Positions 16,634-26,834 of a stretch of DNA of 64,000 bases are shown in pieces. The stretch is from Trueperaceae bacterium (GTDB lineage Bacteria; Deinococcota; Deinococci; Deinococcales; Trueperaceae): NCBI GenBank assembly GCA_965213925.1, contig OZ243927.1, positions 3,680,001 to 3,744,000 of the forward strand, given 5' to 3'. The notes under the pieces are model-generated. The model was given only the letters and a program-made list of their open reading frames with translations, was not told the origin of the DNA and searched no databases. The position numbers and the translations under genes were made by a program. The number at the start of each line of letters is the position of its first letter. Position 1 is the stretch's first letter.

Positions 16634-16972
16634 GTGGTAACGCCGGTCTGCTCCTTGAAGGGCGACCGCGCGTTTCAGAGGATGCGGCGCGGCAAGGCGG
16701 GGCACGCAAAACTTTTGAGTCTCCGCTGGCGCAGCAACCGCGAAACGTGTGTGCGCGTTGGAATTGTCGTGTCGAAAAAAGTGGGCAACGCCGTAGTGCG
16801 AAACCGCGTGCGACGCCGCTTACGTGAGGCGCTCCGCGCACTTACGGCGGAAGGCAAGGTTTCTAAAACCTTCGACCTCGTCGTTATCGCGAGACCCGTC
16901 GCTGCTGACGCGGACTACTGGCAGCTCAAAGACGCGCTACGTTACGCGCTGAAAAAGGGTGGAGCGTTATGA
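16634..16972 (+). CDS. rnpA: Ribonuclease P protein component
   Basis: [25 protein letters not shown] (RNR motif). Confidence 0.96.
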   Translation: MVTPVCSLKGDRAFQRMRRGKAGHAKLLSLRWRSNRETCVRVGIVVSKKVGNAVVRNRVRRRLREALRALTAEGKVSKTFDLVVIARPVAADADYWQLKDALRYALKKGGAL

Positions 16973-17235
16973 GCGCTCCCACCAAGTTATCGTTTGCGCA
17001 GCAGCTTGCGCTGCTACCAGTGCGCGCGTACCGCCGCTTTTTATCGCCGCTTAAAGCGAGCCCTAGCTGCCGCTTTCATCCCACATGTAGCAAGTACGCG
17101 GTGGACGCGGTTACGCAGCACGGCGCTCTGAGAGGAAGTTATTTGGCGCTGAGGCGCGTGCTCAAGTGCCATCCGTTTCATCCTGGCGGGTTCGACCCCG
17201 TCCCGAGTGTTCGCGCGCAACGAGACGTCTCATGA
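16969..17235 (+). CDS. yidD: Membrane protein insertion efficiency factor YidD
   Basis: [25 protein letters not shown]. Confidence 0.95.
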   Translation: MSAPTKLSFAQQLALLPVRAYRRFLSPLKASPSCRFHPTCSKYAVDAVTQHGALRGSYLALRRVLKCHPFHPGGFDPVPSVRAQRDVS

Positions 17236-17304
17236 CCCGAAACGCTGAGGGGAACATCACGCAGAAGGTGACACGCCAAGGGCGTGCCCTCACCCGGAGG
17301 AATT

Positions 17305-18873
17305 TTGAAAGGTAAAGTATTTTCGGCGCTCGCGCTCCTCGCCGCGCTCGTGTTCACCTCGTTCGCGTTCGCTAGAGTCTCGTTCGGTATTCAAGACTTC
17401 AATGCGTCGCAGTTTAGCAACGCGGCGGATTTAGACGAGCTTTGCACCCCAAATCCCACCTCGTTTTGGTGCGACTTAAGAGGTCAAGACCTCAAGCTCA
17501 TCACGACGAAGAGCGTGGACTATATCTTCGACGAGAGCGGCGAAGTCGTCGCGCTTTTTGCCAAGCAGCAGCGCGGGCAAGATTTTAACGGCAACTATAA
17601 CCTCAACAACAACCAGAACCTCATCCCCTATACCGCGCAGATTCCTGGCGGGGCGGTCTTTGTGGGCGGGGAGAGGCTAGAGCCCGAAACCGCCACGAGC
17701 AACTGGCAAGAGGTCGAGCGCAACGGCGAAGACGCTCTACTAGGCGAATTCTCCTACGAGACGAACGGCTACGCAGTCGAGAAGACCCTCTTAGTCAGCT
17801 CGGCTAGAAATTCACTGGACGCAGAGATAACCGTCACGCGCACCGAGGCTGGCGAAGAGCCCGTAGAGGTGCAGTACGCCTACTCCGGCATTGGACGGCA
17901 AGACACGCCCGTTATCAAGATAGGGCAGGGCGAGAACTTCACGCTCAATCCGGTCTCACAACCCGTTCAAAATCCGTCTTACATCTCGTTGCAGAACAAC
18001 AACAACAACCGCGCTTTCGCCATCGTCATGCGCCCCGACCCTAACGCCGAAGGCGCGGGCGGACAAGACCTAGCCGCCCTGCCGCGCTCGGGGCGTCAGA
18101 TTGCCCTAGCCAAGACGCTGCCACCCGAAGCGAGCGCATCTGTGACGTTAGATGTGGAAGTCTATGGCGGTCCTAACGAGATGGTGCGCTACCTGCAAGA
18201 AAACTACCTCGATTTGCCAGGTCTCTTTAGGCCCAACATCTTAGGGCGCGTCTCACTCGGTATCGTCATCGCGCTAGAGACCATTCACGGCGTCGTCGGT
18301 AACTGGGGCTTGTCCATCATCGTGCTGACCCTTCTCTTCCGCATTTTGGTGTGGCCCCTCATCGCCACGCAGACAAAGTCCATGATGGGGATGCAGCAGC
18401 TTCAGCCGAAACTTCAAGCGTTGCAAAAGAAGCACAAGGACAACCGCGAAAAATTGACCGAAGAGACGATGAAGCTCTATAAAGAGGCGGGCGTCAACCC
18501 AGCGGGGGGCTGTCTGCCGATTCTCGTGCAGATGCCTATCTTCATCATCTTGTGGCGCGTTTTTATCAACTTCGAGTTCAACGAGGGCTTCTTGTGGATT
18601 CCCGACTTAGGACTCAACGACCCCTACTACATCTTGCCGCTTCTTTACGTCGTGGTGATGGCGGGGCAAGCCTTCATTTCGGCGCAAGGGAACATGCAGT
18701 CACTTAGGCAGCAACTCCTGATGAGCGGTATCTTCGTCTTTTTCATCTTTAACTTCCCTGCTGGCGTGACGCTCTACCTCATCACTTCGATGGCGATTCA
18801 GGTGCTGCAGCAGTTTCTCATCAAGCGCACCACCGCGCCACCCGCTACGGCTGCGCAAGCGAAAGCGAAATAA
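17305..18873 (+). CDS. yidC: Membrane protein insertase YidC
   Basis: NWGLSIIVLT, NPAGGCLP..QMPIF, FLWIPDL..DPYYILP and FPAGVTLY motifs; TTG start after GGAGG. Confidence 0.95.
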   Translation: MKGKVFSALALLAALVFTSFAFARVSFGIQDFNASQFSNAADLDELCTPNPTSFWCDLRGQDLKLITTKSVDYIFDESGEVVALFAKQQRGQDFNGNYNLNNNQNLIPYTAQIPGGAVFVGGERLEPETATSNWQEVERNGEDALLGEFSYETNGYAVEKTLLVSSARNSLDAEITVTRTEAGEEPVEVQYAYSGIGRQDTPVIKIGQGENFTLNPVSQPVQNPSYISLQNNNNNRAFAIVMRPDPNAEGAGGQDLAALPRSGRQIALAKTLPPEASASVTLDVEVYGGPNEMVRYLQENYLDLPGLFRPNILGRVSLGIVIALETIHGVVGNWGLSIIVLTLLFRILVWPLIATQTKSMMGMQQLQPKLQALQKKHKDNREKLTEETMKLYKEAGVNPAGGCLPILVQMPIFIILWRVFINFEFNEGFLWIPDLGLNDPYYILPLLYVVVMAGQAFISAQGNMQSLRQQLLMSGIFVFFIFNFPAGVTLYLITSMAIQVLQQFLIKRTTAPPATAAQAKAK

Positions 18874-18921
18874 GAGTAGTATAGCCGAACGACAGATACC
18901 GCGTAATTGTAAGGAGCTAGT

Positions 18922-19530
18922 GTGGCTGACGACAAGAATAACGATTTGGATACGTACCTCGATAACCTCGGCATCAATACAGGTGAAGAGGCGTCGGCCA
19001 CGCCCGAATTACCCGAAGATACGCTCCCCTCACAGCCCTTCGTCGCGCCGCTCGTTTTGGGGGGTGACGCGGCGGAGCGCTGTGAGTCATTTTTGGTCCA
19101 TCTGCTTCTCAACATCGATCCTGGCTACGCCGTCGAGATTCGACATGCAGATGAGGATGAAGTCGCCGTAGACGTCACCGGCGGCGATCCCGGTAAGATC
19201 ATCGGGCGTGGGGGACGCACCCTAGCCGCTTTAGAATACCTCACCAACGCCGTGGTGAACCGCGACGAGACCCGCGATAAGTCGGAGGGCAACGTGCGCG
19301 TCAACATTGACGTAGGCGGCTACAAGGCGCGTCGTGATGATAGGTTAAGAGGTGAGGCGCGTAAGGCAGCGGCACGGGTGCGCAAAACGGGCTTCGCCGT
19401 CGAGCTAGACCCGATGAACGCGGGGGAGCGGCGCGTGATTCATATGGCGCTCGCAGATGACCCATCCGTAAGGAGTGAGTCGTCGGGCGAGGGGCGCGAC
19501 AGGCGGGTTGTGGTCAAACCGGTGGAGTAG
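18922..19530 (+). CDS. jag: Jag/KhpB (EloR) KH + R3H RNA-binding protein
   Basis: IIGRGGRTL (KH), PMNAGERRVIH (R3H), SESSGEG; conserved position after yidC. Confidence 0.9.
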   Translation: MADDKNNDLDTYLDNLGINTGEEASATPELPEDTLPSQPFVAPLVLGGDAAERCESFLVHLLLNIDPGYAVEIRHADEDEVAVDVTGGDPGKIIGRGGRTLAALEYLTNAVVNRDETRDKSEGNVRVNIDVGGYKARRDDRLRGEARKAAARVRKTGFAVELDPMNAGERRVIHMALADDPSVRSESSGEGRDRRVVVKPVE

Positions 19531-19800
19531 AACATTTAAGAAGGTGTGAAGGGGTCCTCATCGCAAGAAGTTGGGCGCAGCGCTGTGAGTGTAAGCTTAT
19601 CGTAGGAGCGAAGCACTATCACATGCCGACAAGTTATATAGTAACGTGATAAACTTCACTCTTTTTTCGCTTTTAGTGTCGTCTCTTATGACTACGCTAC
19701 AGTCACGTAAAAAGTGTCGTGCAACGCTAACAATTGCCTTGTGACGCTACGCAGCAAACGCAACGAACAAAAACGGTAAAGACAAAATAGAGAGGTCAAG

Positions 19801-20964
19801 ATGGTTCCAACGAAAGAAGAACTCAAAACGCTCGGTGCACAGACGGGGCTCAACGTCTCCATCTATATGCCTACTCACATGGCAGGAGCCGACACGCGCG
19901 AAAATCCCATCCGCTTCAAGAACCGCTTGCAAGAGGCGGAGCGCCGCCTGAACGAGCACGATATCGACCCGAGCAGGATTGACACGCTGCTCGGCTCGGC
20001 TCGGCAGCTCGTGGACAATAACGACTTCTGGCAGCACCAGCGCGAAGGCTTCGCGATGTTTCTAAGCGAGTCGGAGCAGCGCCAGTACAAACTACCTTTC
20101 TCGCCAAAAGAGATCACCGTCGTCGCGGAGCACTTTCACGTCAAGCCGATGTTGCCCTTTATCGGGGAGGGCGAGCACTTCTTCATCTTAGCGGCGAGTC
20201 TCAATAACGTACGACTCTTCGAGGCGACGCGCTTCGACGTGAGCGAAGTCGAGTTAGAAAACACGCCCACGAGCCTCGACGAAGCGCTCAGGTACGACGA
20301 CGCCGAGCCGACGCTGGACCACTACACCATCGCCGCAGGTGGACGCGGCGGCGTCGGGCAAGGCGCCGTCATTCAAGGGCAGGGCTCGGGCAAAGACGAG
20401 CGCAACGTCAACATCTTGCGCTTCTTTAAGGAACTCGACAACGGTGTGCGGCGCATCTTAGAGCCGCAAGGGAGCCGCATTCCGGTCGTGTTCGTAGGCG
20501 ACAAGGGTATCTTCCCTATCTATCAAGAGGCGAACCACTACGGCGGTCTTTTGGACGAAAACGTGGACGGCAATCCTGACAACTTAGACGCCAAAACGAT
20601 CCATGAGAAAGCGTGGCCCGTGGTGGAGCCGCACCTGCAAGGGCAGCGCGAAGAGGATAAGAACAACTACATGCATAAAGCGGGCGCGGACCCCGAGCAC
20701 GCCTCGGACAGTTTGGAGGACATCCTCCCCGCCGCCTTCGACAGCCGCATCGAAACGCTTTTCGTCGCGCAAAACGAGCACCGCTGGGGACGCTATGACC
20801 CGGAGGCGCGCGAGGTTAAACTGAACGATGAAGAGAGAGCGGGCGACAGTGACCTGCTCGACTTAGCCGCGCTTCACACGATCTTGAACGGTGGAACAGT
20901 CTACGCGGTGGAAAAAGAGAGCGTTCCCGGTGACGGGGTCGCGGCGGCGATTTACCGCTTTTAG
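19801..20964 (+). CDS. Bacterial archaeo-eukaryotic release factor-like protein (baeRF3/7 family)
   Basis: VSIYMPTH, FHVKP, VRLFEAT, RIETLFV and GGTVY...AAIYRF motifs. Confidence 0.8.
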   Translation: MVPTKEELKTLGAQTGLNVSIYMPTHMAGADTRENPIRFKNRLQEAERRLNEHDIDPSRIDTLLGSARQLVDNNDFWQHQREGFAMFLSESEQRQYKLPFSPKEITVVAEHFHVKPMLPFIGEGEHFFILAASLNNVRLFEATRFDVSEVELENTPTSLDEALRYDDAEPTLDHYTIAAGGRGGVGQGAVIQGQGSGKDERNVNILRFFKELDNGVRRILEPQGSRIPVVFVGDKGIFPIYQEANHYGGLLDENVDGNPDNLDAKTIHEKAWPVVEPHLQGQREEDKNNYMHKAGADPEHASDSLEDILPAAFDSRIETLFVAQNEHRWGRYDPEAREVKLNDEERAGDSDLLDLAALHTILNGGTVYAVEKESVPGDGVAAAIYRF

Positions 20965-20990
20965 CCGTTTTTTACAGCAGTCGATAGACT

Positions 20991-21019
20991 TAGGGGGCGC
21001 ACCTGTTGCGCCCTTCTTT
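20991..21019 (+). terminator. Intrinsic terminator
   Basis: GGGGGCGCA-CCTGT-TGCGCCCTT followed by a T-rich tail. Confidence 0.55.
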
Positions 21020-21124
21020 ACATTTTTTCAGAGAATCGAGCAATTGTGATGCTGAAGCACGTCGCTGCCGCAGCTTCTTTGTTACCGTTCGGCTTATATC
21101 AAATAGCAAGGCAAAGGGGTGAGT

Positions 21125-22708
21125 ATGTTCGGGCTCGATATCCAAGTGGCGACGATTGACCTCGTTATCATCGCGCTCTATTTTATCGCGGTTTTTGCTA
21201 TCGGCTACTGGGTGTCGCGGCGCACCAAAAGCGGCGACGACCTCTTTTTGGCGGGGCGCAGCTTGGGCTGGGGCGCGGTCGGCTTGTCGCTCTTCGCTTC
21301 GAACATTTCAGGCTCTCACTTAGTCGGTCTCATGGGCGACGCTTACCGTACGGGCTTAGCACCCTCCGCCTATGAATGGATGGCAGGGTTGCTTCTTATC
21401 TTCGGGGCGTTTACGTTCTTTCCGTTCTTTTTACGCTCGAGAATCTCCACCATCCCCGAATTTTTAGAGAAACGCTTCGACGCGCGTTCACGTAAGTACT
21501 TCTCTGCGATCACGATCTTTTTGGCGGTTATCGTGGATACGGCGGCGGGTCTCTACGCGGGCGCACTCGTCGCGGAGGTCTTTATCCCGGGACTCAACAT
21601 TACCGTTTTCATCGTGACGCTCGCGCTTATAGGCGGCATCTACACGGCGGCGGGCGGTCTGGCGGCGGTGGTGTACACCGATATGCTGCAGTCCATCATC
21701 CTCCTCGTCGGCGCGTCCGCTATTTCCATCATCACCTTTTCGCAGTTCGGCTTTTCCTGGAGCGAAGCGACCCAAGCCTTGCCAGAGGGTCACCTCTCTA
21801 TCGTGCAGCCGGTATCTGACGACGTACTGCCGTGGCCCGGTCTCATTTTAGGCGTGCCGCTCTTAGGCTTCTACTACTGGATTTTGAACCAGTACATCGT
21901 GCAGCGTGTGTTAGGCGCAAGAGATGTAACCAACGCGCGGCGGGGTGCGATTCTAGCGGCAGCGCTCAAGCTCACCCCTCTTTTTATCTTGATGCTGCCG
22001 GGTGCGTTCGCCTTAACGCTTTTACCTGATTTGCAGTCGCCCGACCAGGTCTTCCCCACCCTCGTTCAAGAGTTCTTGCCTATCGGCTTAACGGGTATCG
22101 TCTTGGCGGGGCTCATTTCGGCAATTCTCTCGAGCGTCGACTCCGCTTTGAACTCCGCTTCGACTCTCTTAACCCTCGACTTCATCGAGCCAATGATGGG
22201 GCGCGACCTAGAGCCGAGCGAGTCGCGGCGCATCGGCACCTTTGCAACCTTGGGTTTTATGGTCGTTGCGGCGGTGTGGGCTCCCTCGATTCAGGGTTTT
22301 CCGGGTCTATTTTCCTACCTTCAGTCGATGTATTCCTACATCGTCACGCCTCTAGTCGCGGTTTTTATCTTGGGCTTCTTCTGGGACAGAGTCAACACCC
22401 AAAGTGCGCTCATCACCTTTATCGCAGGACACGTGATTGCGGCGATCACCTTTACACTTGTCCAAGTAGGTGTCATCAACATTCATTTCCTTTACGTAGC
22501 GAGCCTACTCTTCATCGTCTGCCTCATCATCTGCGTCGTGACGAGCCTGAACCTCGGTACAGCTCCGAGCCAAGAGAAGCTCTATGAGACGACCTTTAGC
22601 AGCGGCTACGCTGAGCCCGAAAGCAGCACGCTCTGGTACGCCGACTTCCGTATCCAAGCTGCCGCCGTCGTTTTACTCACCGTGCTGATACTTCTTATCT
22701 TCTGGTAG
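21125..22708 (+). CDS. Sodium:solute symporter (SSS, SGLT-like), copy 1
   Basis: FLAGRSL, SLFASNI, TIPEFLEKRF, GGLAAVVYTD and NQYIVQR motifs. Confidence 0.93.
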   Translation: MFGLDIQVATIDLVIIALYFIAVFAIGYWVSRRTKSGDDLFLAGRSLGWGAVGLSLFASNISGSHLVGLMGDAYRTGLAPSAYEWMAGLLLIFGAFTFFPFFLRSRISTIPEFLEKRFDARSRKYFSAITIFLAVIVDTAAGLYAGALVAEVFIPGLNITVFIVTLALIGGIYTAAGGLAAVVYTDMLQSIILLVGASAISIITFSQFGFSWSEATQALPEGHLSIVQPVSDDVLPWPGLILGVPLLGFYYWILNQYIVQRVLGARDVTNARRGAILAAALKLTPLFILMLPGAFALTLLPDLQSPDQVFPTLVQEFLPIGLTGIVLAGLISAILSSVDSALNSASTLLTLDFIEPMMGRDLEPSESRRIGTFATLGFMVVAAVWAPSIQGFPGLFSYLQSMYSYIVTPLVAVFILGFFWDRVNTQSALITFIAGHVIAAITFTLVQVGVINIHFLYVASLLFIVCLIICVVTSLNLGTAPSQEKLYETTFSSGYAEPESSTLWYADFRIQAAAVVLLTVLILLIFW

Positions 22709-22876
22709 CTTTTGGCACGACACTTATACATTTCAAACCCGAATACTCAGATGTGTACTCAAAAAATACACATTCCTGCACCACTTGATCTTCAACACAT
22801 TGTGACTCTGAGTCATGTTTGTACCTACCGCCTTTGTTAGTTTGAGTACAAATTCACAGGTAGAGAAAGGACAGGT

Positions 22877-24460
22877 ATGTTTGGACTTGATATCCAGGTC
22901 AGCACCGTTGACCTCATCATCATCGCTGTTTATTTCGTTGCTGTGTTCGCGATCGGTTATGTGGTGTCGCAGCGCACGGAGAGCGGCGACGACCTCTTTT
23001 TGGCAGGTCGCAGCTTGGGCTGGGGCGCGGTCGGCTTGTCGCTCTTCGCTTCGAATATCTCGAGTTCTACCCTCGTAGGTCTTATGGGTGACGCCTACCG
23101 CATCGGCTTAGCACCCTCCGCGTACGAATGGATGGCAGGGTTGCTTCTTGTCTTCGGCGCGTTTACGTTCTTTCCGTTCTTTTTGCGCTCGAGAGTCTCC
23201 ACCATCCCCGAATTTTTAGAGAAACGCTTCGACGCGCGTTCGCGCAAGTACTTCTCTGCAATTACGATCTTTTTAGCGGTAATCGTAGACACAGCAGCCG
23301 GACTCTACGCGGGCGCACTCGTCGCGGAGGTCTTCGTACCGGGGCTTAACCTGACGGTCTTCATCGTGACGCTGGCGCTGATTGGCGGCATCTACACGGC
23401 AGCGGGCGGTCTGGCGGCGGTGGTTTATACCGACGTGTTGCAAGCCATCATCCTCATCATCGGTACAGCGGCCATCGCGATTTCCACCTTCTCGCAGTTC
23501 GGCTTCTCCTGGAGCGAGGCGACGCAGGCGCTCCCTGACGGTCACCTCTCTATCGTCCGTCCTATCTCTAACGACGTCTTACCGTGGCCCGGACTCATCT
23601 TAGGTGTACCGCTTTTGGGCTTCTACTACTGGATTTTGAACCAGTACATCGTGCAGCGTGTGTTAGGCGCGAAAGATGTGACGAACGCGCGCAGAGGCGC
23701 AATCTTAGCAGGTCTCCTCAAGCTTACGCCGCTCTTCATCATGATGCTCCCCGGCGCGTTCGCGGTGACGCTGCTGCCCAACTTAGAGTCGCCCGACCAG
23801 GTCTTCCCCACCCTCGTTCAAGAGTTCTTGCCTATCGGCTTGACGGGTATCGTCTTGGCGGGGCTCATTTCGGCGATTCTCTCGAGCGTCGACTCCGCTT
23901 TGAACTCCGCTTCGACCCTTCTCACCCTCGACTTCATTGAGCCGATGATGGGGCGTGACCTAGAGCCCAAAGAAGCGCGGCGCTATGGCACGTTCGCCAC
24001 CTTAGGCTTCATGGTCGTTGCGGCGGTATGGGCACCTTCGATTCAGGGTTTCCCCGGTCTCTTCCAGTACATCCAGTCGATGTTTGCGTATATCGTGACG
24101 CCCATCGTGGCGGTTTTCATCATGGGCTTTTTCTGGGACAGGATGAACGCGCAGAGCGCCTTCGTCACCTTTATCGCGGGTCACGTCATCGCAGCGATCA
24201 CCTTTACCCTTGTGCAGACCGGCGTCGTCAATATTCACTTCCTCTACGTCGCGAGCTTGCTCTTCATCGTCTGCTGCATCCTCTGCGTTGTTACGAGCTT
24301 GAGCATAGGCACGGCTCCGACCACAGAGAAGCTTAACGAAACGACCTTCAGCAGCGGCTACGCCGAGCCCGAAGAGACCTTCGCTTGGTACGCCGACTTC
24401 CGCATTCAGGCGGCGGCGGTGGTGGTGCTTACCGTCATTATGCTCATCACCTTCTGGTAA
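22877..24460 (+). CDS. Sodium:solute symporter (SSS, SGLT-like), copy 2
   Basis: Close tandem paralogue of copy 1 with the same motifs. Confidence 0.93.
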   Translation: MFGLDIQVSTVDLIIIAVYFVAVFAIGYVVSQRTESGDDLFLAGRSLGWGAVGLSLFASNISSSTLVGLMGDAYRIGLAPSAYEWMAGLLLVFGAFTFFPFFLRSRVSTIPEFLEKRFDARSRKYFSAITIFLAVIVDTAAGLYAGALVAEVFVPGLNLTVFIVTLALIGGIYTAAGGLAAVVYTDVLQAIILIIGTAAIAISTFSQFGFSWSEATQALPDGHLSIVRPISNDVLPWPGLILGVPLLGFYYWILNQYIVQRVLGAKDVTNARRGAILAGLLKLTPLFIMMLPGAFAVTLLPNLESPDQVFPTLVQEFLPIGLTGIVLAGLISAILSSVDSALNSASTLLTLDFIEPMMGRDLEPKEARRYGTFATLGFMVVAAVWAPSIQGFPGLFQYIQSMFAYIVTPIVAVFIMGFFWDRMNAQSAFVTFIAGHVIAAITFTLVQTGVVNIHFLYVASLLFIVCCILCVVTSLSIGTAPTTEKLNETTFSSGYAEPEETFAWYADFRIQAAAVVVLTVIMLITFW

Positions 24461-24495
24461 GTCCACAAGACTTAGCGTTTGCGCTAGGCTGAGCT

Positions 24496-25473
24496 ATGTC
24501 TACAGGTATGTTTGCAGGTATGTTTGCAGATGTTCGCTCAGCTTGCGCAGAGGTAGCCAAGCGCTCGCGCTACGTTACGCTGAACAAAGATAAACTAGGC
24601 GCGTACGCCCGCTCGCTTTCCGCTGAAACTGCGCCGCCGACTTACGACACCGTTCATCACTTTCTAGGCTCACCGGACGACACGCTTGCCTATATCATTA
24701 CGCTAGACGCGGTCAACTTCGGCTCAGGGTACTTTCCGCACCTGCAGAAGCGCCCCGGTATGTCGGGATACTTCACGGTGGCGTCGGCCCTTAAAGACTC
24801 TTTTGATGAGAACGGACCGATTGACGCGGGGGCGCTGAGCAAGCTAAGGGTGGAAAGTTGCTCGAGCCTCTTCGGTCAAGACCTCATCAACCCCGTTCGC
24901 GCCGAACTGATGCAGCATTTCACGCGAGCACTCAATGACCTCGGCACCTACCTTTTAGAGCATTTCGGCGGACGCTTCACCACGCTCATAAAGAGCGCTG
25001 AACATTCCGCCGAACGCTTAGCGGCGCACCTCGCCGAGATGCCCTACTTCAGAGATGTCGCTACGTACGAGAACTTGCGCGTTCCCCTCTACAAACGCGC
25101 GCAGATCACCGCCTCTGACCTCGCGCTCGCTTTTAGCGGCGAAGGCTACGGTTCCTTTAACGATCTGGATAAGCTCACGATTTTCGCCGACAACCTCGTC
25201 CCGCACGTGCTCCGTTTAGACGGCGTCCTCCATTTTGGCGAGGACCTCCTCTCGCGCATCCGAGCGGGTCAACTCATCGCGCCCGGTTCACCGGAAGAGG
25301 TCGAGATTCGCGCCGTGGCGCTCCACGCGGTCGAAAGGATGGTGAGCGCTCTGCGCGAAAACGGACCTGAGCACGTCACGGCGCAAAACCTAGACGTGCG
25401 GCTCTGGAATAGAGGGCAGGACCCTCGGTACAAAGCGGAGCCGCGTCACCGCACGCAGACGGTTTATTATTGA
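24496..25473 (+). CDS. Queuosine 5'-phosphate N-glycosylase/hydrolase (Qng1/DUF2419 family)
   Basis: LDAVNFGSG, YKRAQI, LTIFADNLVPHVLR, EVEIRA and HRTQTVYY motifs. Confidence 0.85.
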   Translation: MSTGMFAGMFADVRSACAEVAKRSRYVTLNKDKLGAYARSLSAETAPPTYDTVHHFLGSPDDTLAYIITLDAVNFGSGYFPHLQKRPGMSGYFTVASALKDSFDENGPIDAGALSKLRVESCSSLFGQDLINPVRAELMQHFTRALNDLGTYLLEHFGGRFTTLIKSAEHSAERLAAHLAEMPYFRDVATYENLRVPLYKRAQITASDLALAFSGEGYGSFNDLDKLTIFADNLVPHVLRLDGVLHFGEDLLSRIRAGQLIAPGSPEEVEIRAVALHAVERMVSALRENGPEHVTAQNLDVRLWNRGQDPRYKAEPRHRTQTVYY

Positions 25474-25555
25474 CTGTGGAGGTTAAGCTAGCAGGTATAC
25501 CCGCTAAAGCAGCTAGCGGGCTAGTGGGAGCTTCGCGACTGCGCGCCACGCGACT

Positions 25556-25690
25556 GCACTTTCATCTGGTCTAAAACACTCCCACTATGAAAAACACCGA
25601 TGAGCACGCACGTTGTGAGATGAAGTTCCGTTACAGCAAAGCTGTGAAACCTGCGGCATTCTGTCTCAGTATGTTTTGGAAGTGTTAAGC
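25556..25690 (+). repeat. Extended copy of the MITE-like repeat
   Basis: TTCATCTGGTCTAAAACACTCCCACT...AGCACGCAC...GAGATGAAGTTCCGTTACAGC...; matches 7750-7903 and 36391-36464. Confidence 0.72.
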
Positions 25691-25838
25691 GTAGCGCGGA
25701 CACGCCGAGCTGTAGTCCCGTCACCATTAACCTTATCTTTATCCTAATGAGTGATAGTATTGGGTACATCCAAGGCGGCAAGGACACTGCCCTCTACGCA
25801 CGCTGACTTTAGAGCAATCTTATTTCTGTAGGTATTTT

Positions 25839-26678
25839 ATGAACGTAGCGAAAGCACTTTCCTTGACGCAGGAGACCCTCGAGGCTGCCCAAATCGACAG
25901 CCACCGAGTCGAGTCATTGGTGATATTAGAGCATCTACTAGGTGCGTCTAGGCTCGAGATCGTCACCAACTATCAGCGCCCTCTAAGCGAGTCACAGCAA
26001 GAGAAACTCAGCCGCTGGCTCGCGCGACGCGCGCAGCGCGAACCGTTGCAGCATATTTTGGGCATCGCTTACTTCTACGGTTTGGAACTCACTATTACGC
26101 CGCACGTGCTCATCCCACGCCCCGAGACGGAGCGCATGGTCGAGCTTGCCTTGCGGCGTTTAGGACGGCGGGCACCTCTTAAAGTGTTGGACATCGGTAC
26201 GGGCAGCGGCGCGATCGCGCTCGCGATCAAAGCGGAGCGCTCTAACGCCGAGGTGATGGCGACGGATATATGCGGCAAAGCGCTCGAGGTGGCTAAAACC
26301 AACGCCGCCAACCTCGGCTTAGACATTCGTTTTTTGGTCGCGGACCTTTTAGAAACGGAAGAGGTCAGGGCGTTCGCCCGAGACGCCGACCTCGTCATCT
26401 CCAACCCACCCTATCTGCCCGAATCGGACAGAGATGAAATCAGCCCGGAGGTGCGCGCTGATCCGCAGGGCGCACTCTACTCGGGCGAGGACGGGCTCAC
26501 GCACTTTAGACGGTTGGAGCGTGACGCCTTCGCCCTGCTCAAAACGGACGCTTGGCTTTTCGTCGAACTCGATCCGCGCAACGTACGCACCGCGTTTGAC
26601 GAGTGCGGAGGTTGGCGTCAGCGCTGGGTGGAGAAGGACTTGGTGCGGCGTGAGCGGTTTTTGCGGTTAAGGCGCTAA
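25839..26678 (+). CDS. prmC: Release factor glutamine methyltransferase PrmC
   Basis: REPLQHI, VLIPRPETE, DIGTGSGAI and SNPPY motifs. Confidence 0.95.
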   Translation: MNVAKALSLTQETLEAAQIDSHRVESLVILEHLLGASRLEIVTNYQRPLSESQQEKLSRWLARRAQREPLQHILGIAYFYGLELTITPHVLIPRPETERMVELALRRLGRRAPLKVLDIGTGSGAIALAIKAERSNAEVMATDICGKALEVAKTNAANLGLDIRFLVADLLETEEVRAFARDADLVISNPPYLPESDRDEISPEVRADPQGALYSGEDGLTHFRRLERDAFALLKTDAWLFVELDPRNVRTAFDECGGWRQRWVEKDLVRRERFLRLRR

Positions 26679-26722
26679 AGACTGGGGTAGTGGCTTTATC
26701 CGGAATGACGCTGACGTCAAAG

Positions 26723-26742
26723 CAAGGGGTTTCAACCCCTTG
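26723..26742. repeat. REP-like palindrome/terminator between the convergent prmC and lspA genes
   Basis: CAAGGGGTTTCAACCCCTTG. Confidence 0.5.
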
Positions 26743-26834
26743 TCCACTCCCCCTATTCAGTATGTAGAGATAGCAGAGGGAGCACATGGCAGCATTCGAC
26801 TCAGAACCGCTACCAAGACTGGTTTCGGATGGCG

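Noticed and set aside
16481..16634. Thermus-style rnpA reading through rpmH
   Set aside because: No upstream ATG (CAA GAT GAA), and an in-frame TGA at 16619-16621 closes that frame.
19640..19750. CRP-like sites (e.g. CGTGA-N6-TCACT) upstream of the baeRF gene
   Set aside because: Matches are imperfect and cannot be told from chance without a lineage-specific matrix.
24503..24536. Short tandem repeat CAGGTATGTTTG x2 at the Qng1-like start
   Set aside because: An in-frame 12-bp duplication with no sign of phase variation.
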